This document shows positions 53,201-62,200 of a stretch of 64,000 nucleotides of DNA, one piece after another. This DNA comes from Amphiscolops sp. MND2022 (Eukaryota): the NCBI GenBank assembly GCA_964187785.1, contig OZ076409.1:3226001-3290000 (forward strand), given 5' to 3'. The first letter of the stretch is position 1, and the number at the start of each line of letters is the position of its first letter. Under the pieces are notes generated by a model. The model made no database searches, was not told where the DNA came from, and was given only the letters and a program-made list of their open reading frames with translations. The position numbers were made by a program, and so were the translations under genes.

Positions 53201-56200
53201 TTGCGCGATTGCCGCCGTTACTTCCAAGAAATTACCTGCTTCAATCACCAGGTAACCGGGGGGGAGGTTGGTTCTTAGGGGCGATCGTCGGGATAACGTA
53301 GAAACGTAGAGTAGACCAACAGCCAGTAATGGAGGCATCATCAAAGCATGGAAACACGGAGGCGACAGAGATTGTGACGTGTTACTACTGCTCTACTCTC
53401 TATTACATAATATATAATAGCATATAATAAATGGTCGGTTCAGTCTGTGGCCGTTATATGTGTATAAACATGGCTGCTCATGTAATTGACGGTGGCGGCG
53501 AAGACGGTTGATGGGTGGTGTTGGTATTCGTGCAACTGACGGCGGTGGCGACGCGGATAAATTGGAAGATGGTATGATTATTATTGGTATGATTTGGAGG
53601 AGATACGGCTCTAAGATAAAGCTCTGGCAATTCTGCTGGAAGCGCTTGGAACATTCACCTGCCAGTCGGCTTCAACACATCGGCCAGGCATGAAAAGAAA
53701 CTAGCAACCACAGATAGGCCGTGGCAATGACAGCAGGACCATCAAATATTCAACAAAACAGTCGCCGCCGCCGCTGCAGCCACTTAAATTCTTACACTCT
53801 CCTCCCGTGTTAGGTAGGAACAATAACAAACTGGGAAAGCTGTAATAATATCCTTGCGTAATCCTTGAGTAATATCAGCTGCGATTATGTAATAATGACA
53901 TCATCCTAATAAACCCATCAAGGGCGCCCTGGAGAGTATCACCGAAACGAGGTCGCCGTGTCGGTCAATTAGAGACACTGCCGAAATGGCTGACCTAATA
54001 AAGTGTTACAACAAGTGTTGCATCTTTGAAAGATTTTGACCATTATGGTTGGCTCATTTTAAAACTGAATTTGTTTATTAGTCGAAGCTTTTTGAAAAGT
54101 GGCAAGTTTTTTCTTCAGTCACCGTAAAACGTCCACTTTTATAATTTTTGAAAATCTCTCATAACTGGCTGAGTGGGTGGCTGCAAAGTAAGGGTTCGAA
54201 TACCAGGATGGATTTTTTATCTGATTTTCGCAAAAAATGAAAACAGACCAAAAGTTCCCTTCTTCGTTTTTTTTCGGCGCTGTGCGACTTTTCCCGAAAT
54301 TTCCAACTAGTTCAAACATATTGCTCTTCTGAACCTAGGGTGTTCGAAAGCAATGAAAATTGCAGGAGAAATTGCAAAGTTTCAACGCAAAAGACACCAG
54401 AGTATTTCGTCTAGAATGTGAAATATTCTCCATCTCTGACATTTAGGCATCGAATGTTCACCAGAACAATTGGCTGTTGAACTTCTTCAGTTTAAAAACA
54501 AAGCAAAGTTGCACTTTTGTTATTTTCCGCCCACATAAATGGGGGAGGAAAATCATGATCTGTGATGCGTTTTTATTTTCCGCCCACATAAATGGGGGAG
54601 GAGGAAAATGATGATCTGTGACGCCTTTTTTTCTAATTCTGCCAACACTCCACTTTATCTCCACTCCATTTAGGCTGTTCAATTATGGTGGCTCAGTCAG
54701 GTTGTAGGTCCTGGGTTCGAACCCGGACTGGTGCTTGATTTTTTTGTTTCCCAGCCAGTAGGTCGTGGGTTCGAACCTCTCTTTCGACATACTTTTTTTT
54801 GCAAGAAGCGTGTCGCGGAAAATATCCCGGTGCTTAGCGGGCGTCTTGTTTGTTTGTTCGCAAGACGTGTGAGCCAGAAATGACTGTTGTTTCATTCGAC
54901 ACAATCATCATTTTTGTGGATTCAGTCGAATTGGCGACACCTGGATTCGCTCAATGCCAGACATGCCTATCATATCACTATAGAGTGAATAGAAACCAAG
55001 ACTTTCAGCCAAACTATTGCAACAATTGCCTGGCGGAACTGGATTAATTCGCCTTGCGGCTCTTTTGTGCTCCAGCATAACCCCCTACCCCCAACACCAA
55101 AAAAAAAGTTTTTGGATGAAAATCTTATTTAGACTTTAATGCAAACAAGAAACCTTCAACTTTAATTGAATTGAAATACAAACTTTGTTCACATTATTTT
55201 TTTTATGAAGTCACGCATTCTGGATAAAGAAATCAACAACTTCCAGTTATGAGTCACAAAAAAAAGTTAATTCAAACGTAATTCAAGTCGAAATGCGTGA
55301 AAAAAAAATTGTTCAAACAGAGAAAAACTATTCTAATAGACGTTAACTTCCTGTTTTGAAGAAGGTTTTACTTTTAATTAGGCAGGGCTTAATTTTTTGA
55401 AGAAGGATACAAAAATTTTGGTGGTGGTGGGGGGTTGTGGTTGTTTTTTTTTTTTGGGGGGGGGGGTTGGGTAGAAAAGAGCCCGCCATGCACGTAAGAA
55501 TTAAGAACGTGTTGTAATTCAAGTTCAACTTATTTCCTTGAACGGCGGCTACTAATGTCTTGGTTCTGTATAAAACATGTAACATGTAACGAGACACGGC
55601 ATGTTATTTGCAGTAGCGCCATAGAGTTAGAAGCAGCAGTAGCGCCATTTTCATATTTAGCCTCCTGTTGGGGGCGGGCCGGCTCTTACCAACGACGCCA
55701 CACTTATTACGCAATACAACAGAGGTCATCGTCCTAAACTGACTGACCAATGAAGGTGATACCACATACACTACCACCAGGAGTAAACAGGGCATTACGT
55801 AATATGACTACTAATCGGCATATTTCGCAATAACCAAGTTGATGATGCGTCACCGGAGTTGTAAAAAACACGAATTCAACAACAACAAAAAAAACATTAA
55901 CGATTTAGCACTTTTCTTACAAAGGTAAGTTTTTCGAGTTTTTCCATTCCAAGTCGATTTTGTAGATCATTTTGGATGAATCCCATCGCACTGAAAATTC
56001 TTTCCAAACTGGCTGAACTTGGCGCAAGCTTTTCAAGCGTGACAGCAAGGGTACTAAGTTCTTCAGATATTTTTCCCATTGCTATCGGAAAAATTAAGCT
56101 TAGATCTTAATGCGAATCGCAATTTTAGTTTGAAATACTGTTTTGATTTGTGTTGAAAGTATGCAATAGTTTAAATGATCCTTTATAAACAAAAAAAAAC

Positions 56201-59200
56201 TTTTTCCTTTATAAATAAAAAAACTTTTTTCCTTTAAAAATCCTTTTAAAAAATAGAAATGCACTACACTGGTGACAAGGCAACAACAGAGGTAAAAATA
56301 GTCCATCAAATTTCATCCAACGGGCATTCGTTTCAAAAATAGAACCAATGCAAAACATGTTTTTTCGTCCAAAGTTTCGTCAAAAAGCAAAACATGTTCC
56401 ACTGATATAATTCAGAGACTGTCCTAGAGAACGAAAACTGTATGAATAAGAATCCGAATTAAGTTTTGTACATCCAAGTCAGTGGTACCCACATTCAGAA
56501 ACGTCATTTTCCTTCAATTCCAATAAAACGGCAGTGAACTCGATTCTGGAGCCATTACATAATCATATCTCATCCTATCGTTTCTTCACTTGAGCAACAC
56601 CACCCGCTGGCACAGAAAAGCACAGGACTGTAGGGCCTGCGTTCTAATCAAGAGAAATGTACTTTTTGTGATTTTATAATGCCTTTTTAACGACGCATAT
56701 TTTAATACCCATTCTCAATTCACATTTCTCTTCTGAAACATCTTTTTAGTCGGCGCCTTTTCCCTTGAGGAAAAAAGCCCGACTATTACAGTTTTTTTAA
56801 GCCTACAATCTCACTCTGAATGGTCCACTTTTCTTACAATTCTTCCAATTTTTACAATTCTTACTTAGCTTACGAAGTTCTGCTCCTCTTACTATATACT
56901 TAAGGGGACCGTGCGAAGCGAAACTATGTTGGTCTGCAACAGGAATGATGGCCCAGAGTTCAGAGGGGCAATTTTTAAACTGAGGAATGAGATAGTGCCG
57001 AATCGCTGCAAGCTGCAGAGCCTCCTTGCAGTGTCAGTAACGGTCCCCGCATATACAAAAATTGAAAACCTCATCAAGTGGAGGACAGATTTACAAAACA
57101 AAACACCAAAATTTATTGAGATGGTTGAAAAACTAGGTTCTGGATATGCACCCAATTAGGGATTGTCTTAATTCACGACAGCCTTCCCTCCTGCACTGTT
57201 GCCGCAATGGAAGACTCAAAATGGTCTATTTGACGCTTAAGTGCGCGACATCCCCTCAGGCATAGTACCGAGCTTCGTAAAAGTGCAAAGCTGATTTTCG
57301 TTCGAATGAAGCTAATTGCGTCGGAATAGCTGTCATATCCTTTTTCAGAGATTTTCAACGCAAGTCTTGACATAACTTTCGAAGCCGACGGTCCTGCTCC
57401 ACCAGTACAGGCAAAGACTAGCGGGTTGAAGGTACTGTGTTCCACATCTATGATTCTCTGCTCATATTTCAATTTTTTCTGACTTTCGTGTTGTTTATAA
57501 GCATCTTTGATGTTTCGGGGACAGGATGCGGCGTGAGGATTGAAAATCTTCACGTCAAAAAAAGTACGGCAAAAGCGGGAATCCCAGAGTCCGCTGGCCT
57601 TGATATCGAGGCGGGCTTCATCTTCAGTGCATGTGGTTCTGTGATCGAAGGACTCGCCTTCCAATGCCTGAAGTTTGGGCTCGATTTCGACATCGTAGCA
57701 AACGTCTCTCATTATTTTGGCGAACGTGTCACGGATCTCATTGTGGCGCATGTGGGTATAGCCTCCTTTGCCACAGTGGAGTGCATGTGAGACTGTAAAA
57801 TCTTCGCCACAGGAGCATTTTAAAGGAAGATTTTTTGGTTGAAGGCCATACCTGAGAGATAGGCCGTCGCGAAACTTAGCTTACGAAGTACTATTTTTAC
57901 ATCATCTAAGAAATTCAACGGTGCCAAAGGGTACTCCATTAGAGTACCAAAGGGCCCCCCTCAATTTTTTGATATTTTGTGACAGAATGGATGTTGAAAA
58001 ATCCCAAATGGTCCCCCCTTTCAGTTTTTTCGGCATTATGAGACTTTTTTCATTTTTTTTCATAAAAGGGTCCTCAATTCACCAATACTTCGACATTTTG
58101 AAGTCCTTTTGCTATTTTTGAGCCTTAGATATGGCGGCGACCTATGCCGTTCCGGACTTGTTGATACAAAACAAAACTGACAAAAGCCATTCCAGAAATC
58201 ATAAGATCCCATTTTGGACGATTTTGACCGAGTTCCTTGCTTTGTGATAGAATTACAATTAGTCTCTGAGAGAAAAACTAAGCTCTTAATTGGGGATTAT
58301 CCTCATTTGTGTCTGATGGATCTGGTGGTATAAATACAATAACCTCCTTTTTCCTTACTAATCACCCTCATCATTGCCATTGAAAAGCGCGACAATCATG
58401 GTCATTCATTTGTATGCATGATAGATGAACTTCTGCTGTTGCAGCCAAAGCATGAATGCAGCAGCATTATTTTAAATGAAGAATAACGGCATTAAGAGAT
58501 AAAAATGGACTGAGCATTAAAAACAGGAGGAGAAAGCAGGACGAAATTGCCACCGCCGCCGCTGTTTTTCCCTGTTACTGTCGCCGCCGCCACTGCCATC
58601 AAGAAATGATGGTAATAATGATGGTAGTATATACAATATACCACTACTACAGTACAGTTGTACCGTTTGTTGTAGTAGATTTACGTCATGTATGTACGTG
58701 GCGCTGAACGGTGGCTAGCTAAGCTAGGCTAATACCACTAGTGCCTTGTGCGGGGGGGGGGGGTTGTGAGATGGAATGTGCCTTCTTTTTTTTCTCCAAT
58801 CTTGTCCGTGATGTTCAGAGAGACAAAAAAAAACACGTAACTCAAGCAATAATCGGTGGCGGCCTCAAAAACGATAGCAATATAGATTGATCTATTGTAT
58901 GTGTGTAGAGTAGATACCTAGGTACATACATGTAGATACTGCATTCAATAGCAGCAATTTGATTAGTAGCACTACTACAGTTGGTAGTTGGTAGTACAAT
59001 GGTGCTCTTCTGATCTCAAGGCGAGTGATTATCATTTCACAAAAATGACAGCAACAGCGCGTCTGTAGGCCATCAATCAAACCTGTACAGCCAGCCAATG
59101 GAATATTCACACTTCCCTGTATATATCTCGCTCTCCTTTTCCTATACTTTCCTCTCCCTTTCTTTGCTTTGCTTCCCCTTCAGCAAGGATACACCACCCG

Positions 59201-62200
59201 CCGCACCTCCTAATAATAGCACCCACTGCTCACCCACCACTAATCTTCCCTATCCATGTCTTCAACATCTCAGAACTGCTTCCTAACCAACTACTCCCAT
59301 TGCGTTTGCCTTCTTGACGTCGTTTCAACCCGGCCGCCCTTTCCGACAGACTTCGAAACGGAAAATAAACAAGAGTGATAACATGCACAATACAGTGGAT
59401 CTAAGCGGATATAAAAAACCCGCTTCCGAGAGAAATACCCGCGTATAGTCAATGCGTATCTTGGCCCCGACTACCAATTTAATTCCTTATTTCACCCGCA
59501 TATAAGAACAAGCCGGGAACGGCCCAAGTCGGCGCCATATCTAAGGCTCAAAAATAACAAAAGGACTTCAAAGTGTCAAGTATTCTCTTCTACAGTACCC
59601 GTTTGAGGAAAAATTGAAAAAAAATTCCGATTTTTTTGAAATTTTTTAATTTTTTTTTGGTCTCCCGTAAGTCGCATAGTGCCGAAACATGTAAAATGGG
59701 GCCCTTTGGAAGTTTTTTAACCTCCATTCTTTTGCAAAATAGACAAAAAAAATGAAGGGTGGACCCTTTGGAGATATTTGCGAAAAAAGTCTCACAAAGC
59801 CGAAAAAAATTTTGGTCATGGCGGGACTCGAACCCATGTCATTCTGCTTGTCAGACCTCGAAAAAGCCGTAGTGGCCAAGTGGCAGTGAAGTAGCGTGAC
59901 ACAGTTCAGTGTTAGTGCCGGTTTAGTGCCAACTTATAAAATTTATAAAATCTGTCAGTTCGTTGGTCTTAAAAAAAAAGAAGTCACTACTATAGTCTGC
60001 GTTTTTCTTCGAAAAGCGCCGACTAAAAACCACCAAAAGTCCTTCCGCTGACGTTGACTGTATCCGGGATCCTCCACTGTATCAAGTCACGTTCATCACG
60101 TTGACATTCATCCACTTCAAACTAAATTTACCTATTTCAAATTTCTCGAAGCATTGCTGTGGTTGTTTCAAAAAATTCAGAAAAGTCGCATAGTAACGAA
60201 AAAACACAAAGATGGGACCCTTTGGGCCTTTTTATCATCCAGTTGGTTGCAGAAAATCAAAATGACCGAAGAGGGGACTCTTTTGCGAAAAGCTTGAGAA
60301 AAATCTCAATACCAAAAAAAACTAAAACCAAACATTCTGTTGTTCAGTAACAACAAAAGATTTAAAAACAAACCAAAGGTGGTACCCGTTGGAAGCACCC
60401 GAGTATGCTTTCTGCTAATATAGGAAGGCCAATGTAGGAAGGCCAATAGAGAAATATAGGAAGGCCAGTGTGACGTCTGTGGTCTGGAGAAAAAAAGCGT
60501 AACTGTAGGAGTCAGGCATTTTTTGTTTACACAAAGAGCGCAGACTAAAAATACTAGAGAACAAGACAGGAACGTCTAAAGTCAGCGCTATACTTAATAA
60601 TATTGCTCAAAAAGGGCAAAGTTTTAGGAATATGCTGAGGACTTTGATTAATGAAAAACTCACAAAAAATGAGCTCTCGTGCTCTGAAAACGCTTCAAAT
60701 GTTCGGATATAACGTGCTGGGCCACATGGGAGCAGATATTTCGAACATCCGCCTCCTCAGTAAAACGCAATATAGTTCGGATATAACGTCAAAAAATCGG
60801 ATATAGCGCAATAGTTTGAACCTCCACCTCCTTTTTAGTGAAACGCAATTTACTTCGGATATAACGTCAAAAATAATTGAAAAAGATTGATGGGTATATA
60901 TATTGAGAAAACCTAAAATCAGACGAGAAATCAGAAGTTTGAACAGCCTCATCGAGCCGAAAAATGTAAAAGACCATCAATTCTGTTGCAAAATATCACA
61001 AAAAGGGCGTTTGCAGACACTTAAAATTTTCGAAAAAAGTCTCAGTGCTGAAAAAATTGAGAGGTGGTGGTACCTTTTAGTCTCGTTCAGTTTTGTAACG
61101 TTAGAAAAGAACAAACCGGGACCGTCGACGCCATATCTAAGGAACCTTCGGTTCAATTCCCTGGGCCAACAGGTACATTTTGGCGACATTAAAATTTCGT
61201 AGGACTTTTGGTAGACCTATTTCGGTCACTTCAGGTGCATCGAAAAAAACACTGATGAAAAGCCATGACTATAGTCGACTCTTTTCTCAAGAAAAGCGCC
61301 GACTAAAAACGAAAGCGGTCCATTTGCGCTGACTTAGATGTGGTTCCGCTGACCTGACTTGGCCGGTCCAGTAGTTTCGTAGTTTCTGTAATAAGTGTCC
61401 AAGCATACATTCTGTTATCTCACGAAAAAAAGTCATTGTAATAGTCGCGCTCATTTTCTAAAATGGGCCGATAAAAAAGAAGAGTACGTTTCAAGTCGGC
61501 ACGACATTCAAGGCTCAAAAAGAGCAGTCACAAAGACGCTCAGTGACTTCAAGAAAGGGACACCCTGTAGACTCGAAAAAAGCTTTTTCTCTGGCTGAAA
61601 TCATACAAAAATACCAATTTGGTGGAAAAATGATTTTTCTCAAAGTCACACAGTGCCAAAAACCTCAATGGGGGGTTCACAAATGAACCAAATTACTCTT
61701 TGAGATATTAGCCTCGTACTGTACGCAGCGAGAAAAGTTGATGAAAAAGCAGTGATGAATAAGCCTTTTGCGATCACCAACAGCTACTTTTGTTTTCATT
61801 GTCCAATGTTCATGTAAAGTGATTCGCCTCCATTCATTTGAAGTTAGAATTGAGTTGACTAAACGCGTTTGATTGGCTTCTAAAAGTTAGTTAACATTTC
61901 TCTAGATTCACTTGAAATCTAATTTGCTTCATTAATTTTGAAATGGATTTGCTTTCGTTTAAAGTCGTTTTCACTTGGCTGTCAACGCGGCGATCGTCTT
62001 CCACTAAATTGGAATGCTGCTATTCGTTTATATAAGAATTGGTGTATTACACCAATTTTAATTTAAATGAAGATCATTCCAATATAGTTGAATATCGAAG
62101 AAGCATTGACAGCCAATTAAAACGACTTGGACAAAAGCAATTCAATTCCGAAATAAATGAAGCAAAACGGGTTTCAAGTGAATGTAGAGAAGAGATAACA

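Noticed and set aside
52718..53344. 208-aa minus-strand ORF
   Set aside because: Two-thirds is a T-rich minisatellite plus a dispersed repeat; the N-terminal part has no recognisable homology or splice sites that I could fit.
53479..53655. 58-codon minus-strand ORF (MFQALPAELPEL...)
   Set aside because: It begins just inside the intron after the candidate donor, is low complexity and has no support.
54686..54785. tRNA gene
   Set aside because: A/B-box-like motifs only; no acceptor or anticodon stems; embedded in a repeat.
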